From Candidatus Sulfotelmatobacter sp. (GTDB taxonomy: Bacteria > Acidobacteriota > Terriglobia > Terriglobales > Acidobacteriaceae): DNA of 64,000 bases. Position 1 is the stretch's first letter. Every line of letters begins with the position of its first letter. Positions 26,848-34,912 of this stretch are shown here, one piece after another. The stretch spans positions 5,975 to 69,974 of the forward strand of contig JBARJF010000103.1 in NCBI GenBank assembly GCA_049800135.1, given 5' to 3'. The position numbers were made by a program, and so were the translations under genes. The notes below the pieces were generated by a model. It searched no databases and had not been told where the DNA came from. It saw only the letters and a program-made list of their open reading frames with translations.

Positions 26848-28836
26848 CTACGGCTCATACCAGAAAACTGCGCCCTTCTCGATTGCGGGAAGTTTGTAGC
26901 TGATGCCGGCTTCACCGGCTGTTCCCTTGAGCCGCTGCACTTCTCCGAGGAACGGAAGAAAGAATCCCTGCCCGCCGGTTGCCCCCGATACCGTCACTGA
27001 AACCCCGGTCTGGGGCGTCTGGATCGGATTCACCCCGCCTTGCAGTCCCGCGAAGTTCGCAAAAAACACGTGCGGCTTGCCGTCCACTCGGGCAATCGAC
27101 GTGGCCACCATGTGCGAAGCCTCCACTCGAATCGGGGTCTCCGATCTCAAGCTATCAAGCAACTCGTGCTCTTGATCGGGGCTCGATCCTGCCACATCTT
27201 TTTGTAGTGCCGCGTAATAATCCTTCCCCGGGTCCTTGCCCAATCGGACCACATTCGCGGCGTCGCCAATTTGCGTCGCGTCTTCTCCTGTGATCACCAG
27301 CCTCTTCCCACCTCCCGCGTACTTTTGAATCAACTCCCTTTCGCCCGCGCTCAGCACCCGCACGTCCGGCAGAATCAGCGTAGGTCCCTGGAACTCCGCC
27401 AGTGTGCGCGGGGTCACCACCTGAAACTCCAGGTGCTTCTGCATCAGAAGAATAAGAATTCCGCGGTAGGACGTGATGAATTCGTCGGTGTAGAAATTCC
27501 GTGTCTCGGGAGAGAAGTAAACCCCGATAGGTGAGATCGTCGTTCGCGGCCGGTAGAAAGTATCCTGATGACCTTTGATCCACGCCAAAATTCTCTTCCG
27601 CGTCGCCGGATCGTTCGATCCCGCCATCGAATGTCCCGGCGCATCCCAGAAATTCGACCCGGTCATGATTTCCGAGGCGGCCAGATTCATCATGGCCTCG
27701 CGCCGGTCCACTTTCTGGTCGCCATCCCACGAGTAATTCAATATCCACGTTGCCTTGCCCTGCGCGAAGGCGCGAAATGAGTACATTCCCACCTGGTAAT
27801 TGAACCAGTCCAGCGGGCGTCTCTCCGACGCCAGGTGGTGGCCGTTGCCGAATTCATATTCATGGGCAACCGCGTCCACCACCGGATACAGACTGTAGAC
27901 ATCGGCGCCAACCCGCACCGCCGCTTCCTCAATGCCCGGATAGATCTCGGGAATCGTCTTGATCGCCGGATTCACCGACTTGGCGTTCCGGTCAATCTCC
28001 TGCATGAAATCGGTGATGGTTTCAATTCTGAACTCAACCCACTTTCGAAAATTCGGATCGGCGAAGTCGCCCAGCTTCAAGTCTTTCTTCGCGTCCAGCC
28101 CGGTTTTTGCCTGGAACGCCGCCACCGTGTAATCGTCGAAGCTCGCCCAACTGTCTTCCCAGCCTTCGAAATGCGTCATCCAGTAAGGAATGTCCACATA
28201 GATGCCGTCAATGCCCGTGCCCGCAATCTGCCGCACCCGCTCCATATAAATCTTCCGCCAGGCCGGCGCGTACGGGCTGACCCACACATCCTCATCGCCC
28301 TTCTTGATCCAGAAAGCCTTTCCCCCGCCAAAGATCGCCGGTTCTCCGGTAATCTTCCGCTGAATCCAATCGGGATGCTCCTTGGCCAGCGTGTGTGGAG
28401 TTTGGTCCGCGTTTGCCGTAATGCACTCGGTCCCGGCGATGTAAACGAATGCTTTGTTCCCCGCCGCATGCGCCCTCTCCGCCACGGCGCGGATCGCCTT
28501 CAGCTTCTCTTCGGGATTGACAAAGCTTTCATAGCGGCCCTCTACATCGTTGTCGACTTCAATGCCAAATACGCCGTCTTCCTCCGCGCTGCGCACGATC
28601 TGCTCCGCGTTGTCGCTCCGCAGCCCATACGCCCCAATGCGTACGTAGTTGGTCCAGTTCTGCTCTACCGCGCCAGGACTCGCCTGCAAAACCAGCGCTT
28701 GAAAAACCAGGGGGAACACCCAGGCAACAGCCAGGGAATGAGCGCCCGCGCACCGCGCTCGCCAACGGCGGAGACCAGCAAAAGAAAGAGGAGCAAGGGC
28801 AAGACGCGCAAGGTTTCGGATCATTGCGTTTAACAA
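26848..28836 (-). CDS. Secreted hypothetical protein, possibly a TIM-barrel glycoside-hydrolase-like enzyme
   Basis: 662 aa with a hydrophobic N-terminus. 'GIEVDND', 'VYIAGTECI' and 'GIDGIYVDIPYWM' resemble beta-strand-end acidic motifs of (beta/alpha)8 glycosidases. The C-terminal 'PTLILPDVRVLSAGERELIQKYAGGGKRLVITGE' resembles GH42-type trimerisation domains. The functional assignment is weak. Confidence 0.45.
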   Translation of the reverse strand: MLNAMIRNLARLALAPLSFAGLRRWRARCAGAHSLAVAWVFPLVFQALVLQASPGAVEQNWTNYVRIGAYGLRSDNAEQIVRSAEEDGVFGIEVDNDVEGRYESFVNPEEKLKAIRAVAERAHAAGNKAFVYIAGTECITANADQTPHTLAKEHPDWIQRKITGEPAIFGGGKAFWIKKGDEDVWVSPYAPAWRKIYMERVRQIAGTGIDGIYVDIPYWMTHFEGWEDSWASFDDYTVAAFQAKTGLDAKKDLKLGDFADPNFRKWVEFRIETITDFMQEIDRNAKSVNPAIKTIPEIYPGIEEAAVRVGADVYSLYPVVDAVAHEYEFGNGHHLASERRPLDWFNYQVGMYSFRAFAQGKATWILNYSWDGDQKVDRREAMMNLAASEIMTGSNFWDAPGHSMAGSNDPATRKRILAWIKGHQDTFYRPRTTISPIGVYFSPETRNFYTDEFITSYRGILILLMQKHLEFQVVTPRTLAEFQGPTLILPDVRVLSAGERELIQKYAGGGKRLVITGEDATQIGDAANVVRLGKDPGKDYYAALQKDVAGSSPDQEHELLDSLRSETPIRVEASHMVATSIARVDGKPHVFFANFAGLQGGVNPIQTPQTGVSVTVSGATGGQGFFLPFLGEVQRLKGTAGEAGISYKLPAIEKGAVFWYEP

Positions 28837-28992
28837 CTTTTACTTTCGGACAGGCTCGCCTGTCAAGCGCAAAATGCGTCCTCCGGGCTTCAGCCGGCAA
28901 ACGCTTATCGTGATTTTTTCGTGACCCGGAGGCTGATCCGCCTGGGGATGGAGACAAAGCCAGCGCCGTCGCTAAGTCGCGCTCGCCCGCGC

Positions 28993-30411
28993 CTACAGAA
29001 TATATCTCGACAAATCCTGATCCTTCACAATATCGGTCAACATCTTCCGCACGTAATCCGCATCCACGACCACATGCTCGCCTTTTCTCTCCGGAGCATC
29101 AAAGCTGAGCTCATCCAGCACCCGCTCCATGATGGTGTGCAGTCGCCGCGCTCCAATATTCTCCGTGCTCTCATTCACTCGGAAGGCAAAATGCGCCACC
29201 TCTTGCAGCGCCTCCGGCGTGAACTCCAGCTTCACTCCCTCGGTATCCAGCAAAGCCGTGTACTGCTTCACCAGCGACGATTTCGGCTCGGTCAGGATGC
29301 GGACAAAATCCTCCATGGTCAGCGACTGCAACTCCACCCGGATCGGAAACCGCCCCTGCAATTCAGGAATCAGATCGCTCGGCTTCGAAACGTGAAACGC
29401 CCCCGCCGCAATGAACAGAATGTGGTCGGTCCGCACCATGCCATAGCGCGTATTCACCGTCGTCCCTTCCACAATCGGCAGAATGTCGCGCTGCACTCCC
29501 TCCCGCGAAACGTCCGGCCCATGCCCGCCTTCGCGCCCCGCAATCTTGTCAATCTCATCCAGAAAAACAATCCCCGAGTTCTCCACCCGGTCAATCGCCA
29601 TCCGCGTCACCTGGTCCATGTCGATCAGCCGCTGTTCCTCTTCCTGAATCAAATACTCGAACGCCTCGTTCACCTTCATCTTCCGCTTCTTGGTGCGCTG
29701 CCCGAAAATATTCGGCAGCATGTCCTTGATGTTGATGTCCATCTCCTCCACACCCTGGTTCGTCATGATTTCGAAGGAGGGAAAGTTGCGTTCGCGCACG
29801 TCGATCTCCACCTGCCGCTCGTCCAGCTTGCCCTCGCGTAATTGCTGCCGCAGTTTTTCCCGCGTCCGCGAAGCGGACTCCGCCAGCGCGCTGTTGCCAT
29901 CGATCACCACTCCGCCCGCCGTGGTCGGCTCCGCCGGACGCGCTGCTGGAGACGGCGGCAGCAGTATGTCGAGCAGCCGCTCTTCCGCATTCAGTTCGGC
30001 CTTATCGGTTACGTCTTCCAGCTTCTCCGCGCGAACATTATCAATCGCAATCTCCACCAGATCGCGCACCATCGACTCCACGTCCCGCCCCACATACCCC
30101 ACCTCGGTAAACTTCGAAGCCTCAACTTTCAAAAAAGGAGAGTTAGCCAGCCGGGCCAGCCGCCGCGCAATCTCCGTCTTTCCCACGCCTGTCGGTCCGA
30201 TCATGATTATGTTTTTGGGAATGATTTCTTCCGCCAGCTCGGGCGTCAGCTTTTGCCGCCGCATGCGGTTGCGCAGGGCAATGGCCACGGCGCGTTTCGC
30301 GTCCTTCTGCCCGATCACGTATTTATCCAGTTCGACTACGATCTCGCGCGGCGTCAGTTCGTCGAGCGCCAGTTGTTCTTCTTCGGCGGTGGAGGGTAGA
30401 TAGATGGCCAT
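28993..30411 (-). CDS. hslU: ATP-dependent protease ATPase subunit HslU
   Basis: '[17 protein letters not shown]', Walker A '[15 protein letters not shown]', Walker B '[10 protein letters not shown]'. The start is ATG 30411 or TTG 30477. Confidence 0.95.
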   Translation of the reverse strand: MAIYLPSTAEEEQLALDELTPREIVVELDKYVIGQKDAKRAVAIALRNRMRRQKLTPELAEEIIPKNIIMIGPTGVGKTEIARRLARLANSPFLKVEASKFTEVGYVGRDVESMVRDLVEIAIDNVRAEKLEDVTDKAELNAEERLLDILLPPSPAARPAEPTTAGGVVIDGNSALAESASRTREKLRQQLREGKLDERQVEIDVRERNFPSFEIMTNQGVEEMDINIKDMLPNIFGQRTKKRKMKVNEAFEYLIQEEEQRLIDMDQVTRMAIDRVENSGIVFLDEIDKIAGREGGHGPDVSREGVQRDILPIVEGTTVNTRYGMVRTDHILFIAAGAFHVSKPSDLIPELQGRFPIRVELQSLTMEDFVRILTEPKSSLVKQYTALLDTEGVKLEFTPEALQEVAHFAFRVNESTENIGARRLHTIMERVLDELSFDAPERKGEHVVVDADYVRKMLTDIVKDQDLSRYIL

Positions 30412-30483
30412 AAATTCGTCATTCTCGTTGGTCGTTCGCCCTTGCACCTCAGCCCGCGGGTCACCTCGGTCGACCAACCGCTC

Positions 30484-31026
30484 TTACAGTTCCTCGATCG
30501 TTACCACATCATTCGTATAGATGCACATCTTGCCCGCAATCTTCATGGCTTCCTCGGCAATCTGCCGGGCGCTGAGCTGCGTATGCCGGGCCAGGGCTTC
30601 GGCTGCGGCCTGCGCGTAAGGTCCTCCGCTGCCGATGGCCGCCACTCCGCTGTCCGGCTCGATCACGTCGCCTTGTCCGCTGAGCAGAAACGTCTGCTCC
30701 TTGTCGCAGACCAGCAACAACGCTTCCAGATGCCGTAGAAATTTATCGGTGCGCCAATCTTTCGCCAGCTCCACCGCGCCCCGTCCCAGGTTGCCGTGGT
30801 ATTGCTCCAGCTTCGCTTCGAAGCGGCTGAACAGCGTGAACGCGTCGGCCGTCGACCCGGCGAATCCGGCCAGAATCTTGTCGTTGTAGAGCCGGCGGAT
30901 CTTCTTCGCCGTGTGTTTAATCACGGACTCGCCCAGCGTGACCTGCCCGTCCCCGGCCAGTACCACGCTGCCATTGCGGCGGATGGATAGAACTGTAGTG
31001 GAGCGAATCAGACGTTTCGTCGGCAT
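30484..31026 (-). CDS. hslV: ATP-dependent protease subunit HslV
   Basis: Thr nucleophile context '[22 protein letters not shown]'. Immediately upstream of hslU. Confidence 0.95.
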   Translation of the reverse strand: MPTKRLIRSTTVLSIRRNGSVVLAGDGQVTLGESVIKHTAKKIRRLYNDKILAGFAGSTADAFTLFSRFEAKLEQYHGNLGRGAVELAKDWRTDKFLRHLEALLLVCDKEQTFLLSGQGDVIEPDSGVAAIGSGGPYAQAAAEALARHTQLSARQIAEEAMKIAGKMCIYTNDVVTIEEL

Positions 31027-31115
31027 GGGCGCAATCCTCAATTATAGCAGCGGGCACGCCAGCAATTCCTCGCAGCATGACTTCATCCCAAATGGCGTCA
31101 TCCCGAAACCCGGGG

Positions 31116-31354
31116 GGCTGGCTGCCCCGTCCTTGTCCCTGCGTTCTTTGCAGGGAGAGGGCGGGGAATTTGATCTCCTATCGTCCGCTCCCAGTTTCGC
31201 AATCAGCGGGAAAACCCGGCGACGTCCCCCCAGTTATTTCCTTCCGAAATAGGCGCACGGCGCACTCAAGCCCGGTTTTCGCTTGAGTGGGGAGGCTCAC
31301 GCGCCACGACCCCCAAATTATTTCGACAACCCCCTTGTGACATCTGACCTGTTC
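31116..31354 (+). repeat. Copy A of a ~240-nt hairpin-rich interspersed repeat
   Basis: Aligns along its whole length to 31974-32220 in the same orientation, with roughly 20 mismatches or indels by eye. Contains the imperfect hairpin CCCCGTCCTTGTCCCTGC-GTTCTTT-GCAGGGAGAGGGCGGGG and the 9-bp stem CACTCAAGC/GCTTGAGTG. Confidence 0.85.
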
Positions 31355-31453
31355 TTAGCGCACCTGTTCCTAGCGCTTGACTTCATATCGAGGCTATGGC
31401 AGCCTTGCTGCCGCCAAACAATCAAGAAATTCAACAAACAGGGAGAGCAACGT

Positions 31454-31903
31454 ATGAAGAAGCTTCTCGCAATATCAATTTGCGCGGTTTGTCTCACCGC
31501 CGCAAGCATTGCCGCTCAAAAAGGCAGCGGCAGCAATTCCAAAGCGTCGTTCGACAAGTTCGTGGACAAGGCCAACAAGGCGCAAACCGACAATGACGCC
31601 AAGTGGATGGAAGCAAATTTGGCCGCCGGCTACGTCGAAGGCACGAGCTTCGGCACGTGGATTCCGAAGGCGGAACTGATCAAGGATGCCAATGATCCGA
31701 GCAACAATAAATTCACCAAGAGCGATATCAGCGATGTGCAAACCGAGGTTGTCGGAAATGTCGGGCTGGCGCGCTTCAAAGAAAGCTACGATGCTGTGAT
31801 TGAGGGGCAGCACCGCGCTCGAACTATTATCTGCAGCATGACGGCTGTGAAGCAGGGGAGCGGCTGGAAAGGGCTGTCGTCCCACTGTTCGAAAATTGAG
31901 TAG
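31454..31903 (+). CDS. Secreted small protein, SnoaL/NTF2-like (DUF4440-type) fold suspected
   Basis: Signal peptide 'MKKLLAISICAVCLTAASIAAQ' preceded by GGGAGAG (31441-31447). ~150 aa, with an NTF2-like pattern ending '...RTIICSMTAVKQGSGWKGLSSHCSKIE'. It appears GC-poorer than its neighbours by eye. Confidence 0.6.
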   Translation: MKKLLAISICAVCLTAASIAAQKGSGSNSKASFDKFVDKANKAQTDNDAKWMEANLAAGYVEGTSFGTWIPKAELIKDANDPSNNKFTKSDISDVQTEVVGNVGLARFKESYDAVIEGQHRARTIICSMTAVKQGSGWKGLSSHCSKIE

Positions 31904-31973
31904 GGAGCTGGCTCACTTTCCGTTCTTGGCGTTTGGCGGGCTGGCCCATCTTTGTCGGCACCATGCGAACTGA

Positions 31974-32220
31974 GGCTGGCGGGCTGCCCCGTCCTTGTCC
32001 CTGCGTTCTTTGCAGGGACAGGGCGGGGAATTTGATCTCCTATCGTCCGTTCCCAGTTTCGCAGTCAGCGGGAAAACCTGGGGGCGTCCCCCCAGTTATT
32101 TCCTCCCGAAATAGGCGCGTGGCGCACTCAAGCCCCGTTTTCGCTTGAGTGGGGAGGCTCACGCGCCACTGCCACCAAAATTATTTCCACAGCCCCCATG
32201 TGACATCTGACCTTGTGTTC
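31974..32220 (+). repeat. Copy B of the ~240-nt hairpin-rich interspersed repeat
   Basis: See copy A. In this copy the outer stem GGCGCGTG...CACGCGCC encloses the inner CACTCAAGC-loop-GCTTGAGTG stem perfectly. Confidence 0.85.
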
Positions 32221-32586
32221 AAAACAAAATCGCGCAACCATGGTCGAGGCCGTGACGGTCACATGAACTCGTATCGTCCCGACCCTAAGTCCTTTGTTTT
32301 GCTGATTTTAGTATCTAAGTCCTTTAGGCTCCGGATTTTGCCGGGATTTTCTTGCTAACTCGAAGATTCCATTAGACCGGGGGGGAGGGGGGGTATCGAG
32401 AGCAGGCCTCAATCTCCACCTAAAGAATGCGCACTCCAACTATTCTCCGCAAGATTTATTTTGCCGAAGAAATTCACCGCGAAGCGTTCGCCGTATCCGC
32501 AAGTCGTTGGCATCAGAGCAGCCCGCAGGTGCCCGACGCGAGAAATGGCCAGCCGAAGTTTTTGTCGCCGCAGAAAGCGGCAGAAA

Positions 32587-32636
32587 TGGAAAAGGGGCCG
32601 TTCGTGGCTCCGGCCCCTCCAGCGCAAGAGCGCTGG
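32587..32636 (-). terminator. Candidate terminator region downstream of the subtilase gene (two hairpins)
   Basis: On the minus strand, CCAGCGC-TCTT-GCGCTGG is followed by GGGGCCG-GAGCCACGAA-CGGCCCC and then TTTT. Confidence 0.55.
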
Positions 32637-32640
32637 AAAC

Positions 32641-34416
32641 TTAGTTGTCTCCGCCCGACACGTTGCTTCCCCACAAGGCGTTGCTTCCCCACAACGCATT
32701 GCTGCCCCACAGAGCGTTCGAGCCCCAGAGCGCATTTGAACCCCACAGAGCGTTGCTGCCCCACAGTGCGTTCGAGCCCCACAGAGCGTTGTTGCTCGCC
32801 AGCGCGCTCGAAGCTGATTTAGCCCCGCTCGACACACTAGAGGTTCCGGCTACGAACTGCGAAGCTCCCCACACGGCCGCGTTCGACCAGGTCGACGACG
32901 TATTCCACACGGCCGAAGGATCGTCGGTCAGGTAAACCTGGTTGGTGTTCGAATTGAAGGTGGCGATCGGAGACATCGCCGTGCCCTTGGCAACCGCAGT
33001 GCTGTTGAGAGCAGCTTCGACATCCACATAACCAGCGCCGATCGTGAACACGTCATACTGATCGGTGTACGTAATGCCGGTCGTGGGATCAGTGGTGCTG
33101 CTGGTTTGAGGGAAGGTCTTGTATGCGGTCAGCATGAGGCGAGCCTTGACCTGATCGGGAGTAAGGCTCGGGCTCTTCTGCAGCAGGTCGGCGACGACTC
33201 CGCTGACCATGCCCGCAGCCATGCTGGTTCCGCTCAGGGTGAAGTAGCTGGTGGAAGAGGCGCTGCTTCCACCATTCACGTAGTCGCTGTAAGGGATCTG
33301 GTTGCCGGGATACTCGGTGTAGAGCGTGGAACTCGGCACAGCCAGCGAGACCAGAAGGTTGCCGGGAGCGACGAGATCAGGCTTCACCACCGCATCGACC
33401 ACCGTTGGCCCCTTGGAACTGTAACTGGCGATGAGATCATCGGTGCGCGTGGGCGTGCCCATGGGCTTCATGGCGCCGACGGTGATGACATAAGGATCAT
33501 CGCCCGGAGAAGTGACGGTGGCGTAACCGTCGGTGGGCTGATAGCGGCCGTTATTGCCGGCGGCGACCACGACAACGATTCCATTTTTCCACGCCTGCTC
33601 GACAGCCTGGCAGAGCGGGTCGAGCTTGTAAGTTTCGTAGATCGCACGGCCCAGCGAAAGGTTGATGACACGGATGTTGTACTTCGATTTCAGCGCGATC
33701 GCCTGGTTGATGGCGGCGATCACCAGGCTATCGGTACCGGCGCCGTTCTGGTCGAGCACGCGCAAGTTGACGATCTTTGCGCCGGGCGCGACGCCCTTGA
33801 AAGTCTGGTTGTAGAGAAGTCCGGTGGAGCTGAGACCATCGCCTGCAATCAGGCCGGCGACGTGAGTGCCGTGGCCGTATTGGTCATTGGTGCTGGAATT
33901 TCCCGGGACGAAAGATTGTTGGTACACAACGCGCGAAAGGGGAAGAATGCCCTGGTACAGATCGGGATGACTGCTCACTCCGCTATCGATCAAAGCGACG
34001 GCAACGCCGGTGCCGGTGTAGTTCGACTGCCAGGCAAAGGCCGCGTTCACGGCGCCGTTGGCATCGACGTCCGATGGCGTCAAGGGCCGGTCGCTGCTGA
34101 TGTAGACGACATTCGACTGGTTGGAGAGAGTTTGGATGGCATTGCCATCGAGCTGGGCAACGACGCCGTTGATCAGCGGCAACTGGCCCACGATCGTGCC
34201 CCCGAGTTTGACGATGTCGTTGAGCAGGCAATCGACAAGACCGAGCAGTCCGGAGCAATTGAGCTGCGATCCAGGAGCATACTGAACGATGACCTGGGCC
34301 TGCTTGGTTGCGGGATAGTTTTGCAACTCGGGAGATAATTTGGGGTTCGCGGCATAGGCTAGAGGCGCGGCGGCGATCAACAACAGAATCAGCAGTCTCT
34401 TCATAATAGTCGCCAT
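32641..34416 (-). CDS. Secreted S8-family subtilisin-like serine protease with a C-terminal (ALWGSN)x7 repeat
   Basis: Signal peptide 'MATIMKRLLILLLIAAAPLAYA'. Catalytic 'ALIDSGV' (Asp), 'GHGTHVAG' (His), 'AAGNNG' (oxyanion Asn), 'SGTSMAAGMVSG' (Ser). The C-terminus is '...ASNNALWGSNALWGSNALWGSNALWGSNALWGSNALWGSNALWGSNVSGGDN'. Confidence 0.9.
   Translation of the reverse strand: MATIMKRLLILLLIAAAPLAYAANPKLSPELQNYPATKQAQVIVQYAPGSQLNCSGLLGLVDCLLNDIVKLGGTIVGQLPLINGVVAQLDGNAIQTLSNQSNVVYISSDRPLTPSDVDANGAVNAAFAWQSNYTGTGVAVALIDSGVSSHPDLYQGILPLSRVVYQQSFVPGNSSTNDQYGHGTHVAGLIAGDGLSSTGLLYNQTFKGVAPGAKIVNLRVLDQNGAGTDSLVIAAINQAIALKSKYNIRVINLSLGRAIYETYKLDPLCQAVEQAWKNGIVVVVAAGNNGRYQPTDGYATVTSPGDDPYVITVGAMKPMGTPTRTDDLIASYSSKGPTVVDAVVKPDLVAPGNLLVSLAVPSSTLYTEYPGNQIPYSDYVNGGSSASSTSYFTLSGTSMAAGMVSGVVADLLQKSPSLTPDQVKARLMLTAYKTFPQTSSTTDPTTGITYTDQYDVFTIGAGYVDVEAALNSTAVAKGTAMSPIATFNSNTNQVYLTDDPSAVWNTSSTWSNAAVWGASQFVAGTSSVSSGAKSASSALASNNALWGSNALWGSNALWGSNALWGSNALWGSNALWGSNALWGSNVSGGDN
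32662..32787 (-). repeat. In-frame 18-nt tandem repeat (7 units) encoding ALWGSN
   Basis: Seven contiguous hexapeptide units are identical at the protein level. All five degenerate codon positions (Ala, Leu, Gly, Ser, Asn) differ between units, including AGC/TCG/TCA for Ser and TTG/CTG/CTC for Leu; only the single-codon Trp is fixed. Confidence 0.95.
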
Positions 34417-34551
34417 TCTTTCCAGTGACGCCCAAAAGGGGCGGCAAAGAAACCAATTCCCTAGTACTCCCGAGTGCAGGTGCCGGTCCAAACAGGGCTC
34501 GAATCAACCCTTATGATTCAATGAGTTAGCCTGGCGAAGGCGGCGGCGGAT

Positions 34552-34595
34552 GGGACACTCTGTCCTCTCCCGCTGGGCACGGGACACTCTGTCCC
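34552..34595. promoter_or_regulatory. Two copies of a 15-bp palindrome GGGACA-CTC-TGTCC(C/T) spaced 29 bp apart (candidate operator pair)
   Basis: 34552-34566 is GGGACACTCTGTCCT and 34581-34595 is GGGACACTCTGTCCC. They lie in the ~500-bp divergent region between the subtilase (minus) and the HD-GYP gene (plus). Confidence 0.4.
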
Positions 34596-34912
34596 GGACT
34601 TGGCCGGTAGCGCCCTTTCAAAGCGAGAGCAAAATGGGGGTTTTCCTGAGCCTGTCGAAGCCGTGTGCTTCCATACCGGACCGGGTAAGTGATTGACAGA
34701 GTTGAAGAACACGAGAGTAACCTCGGGAGCTCATTTTGGCCGACGGGACAGCTCGATTCGAGCAAGAATCTAGGAGCCACGTGGCGCTGTTGACATCCTG
34801 CTTTTTTCGCAGGTGACAGGTTGCATGCTTCGACTGCGGTTGAGCTTCGGGTTCGCGAATCACAATCCTCGCTCCGCCTGACAGAAACGGCGGAGGATGT
34901 CAACCGAGCCAG

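Noticed and set aside
31077-31286. Paralogous 69-71-aa ORFs (31077-31286 and 31933-32148; '...PRPCPCVLCR(E/D)RAGNLISYRP...') inside the two ~240-nt repeats
   Set aside because: Their starts differ and there is no RBS. The differences between the copies are mainly non-synonymous, and the translation runs through obvious nucleic-acid hairpins. I treat them as non-coding repeats.
32662-32787. 18-nt periodic region considered as a possible CRISPR-like or minisatellite array
   Set aside because: There are no spacers. The units are contiguous and in frame, and they encode an invariant hexapeptide inside a protease gene. No cas genes are present.
32409-32837. ORFs in other frames across the ALWGSN repeat (32409-32837 minus; 32427-32822, 32461-32739 and 32645-32935 plus) that also show periodic peptides
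   Set aside because: Their periodicity is a by-product of the 18-nt coding repeat of the subtilase. Only the subtilase frame is continuous with a catalytic domain and a signal peptide.
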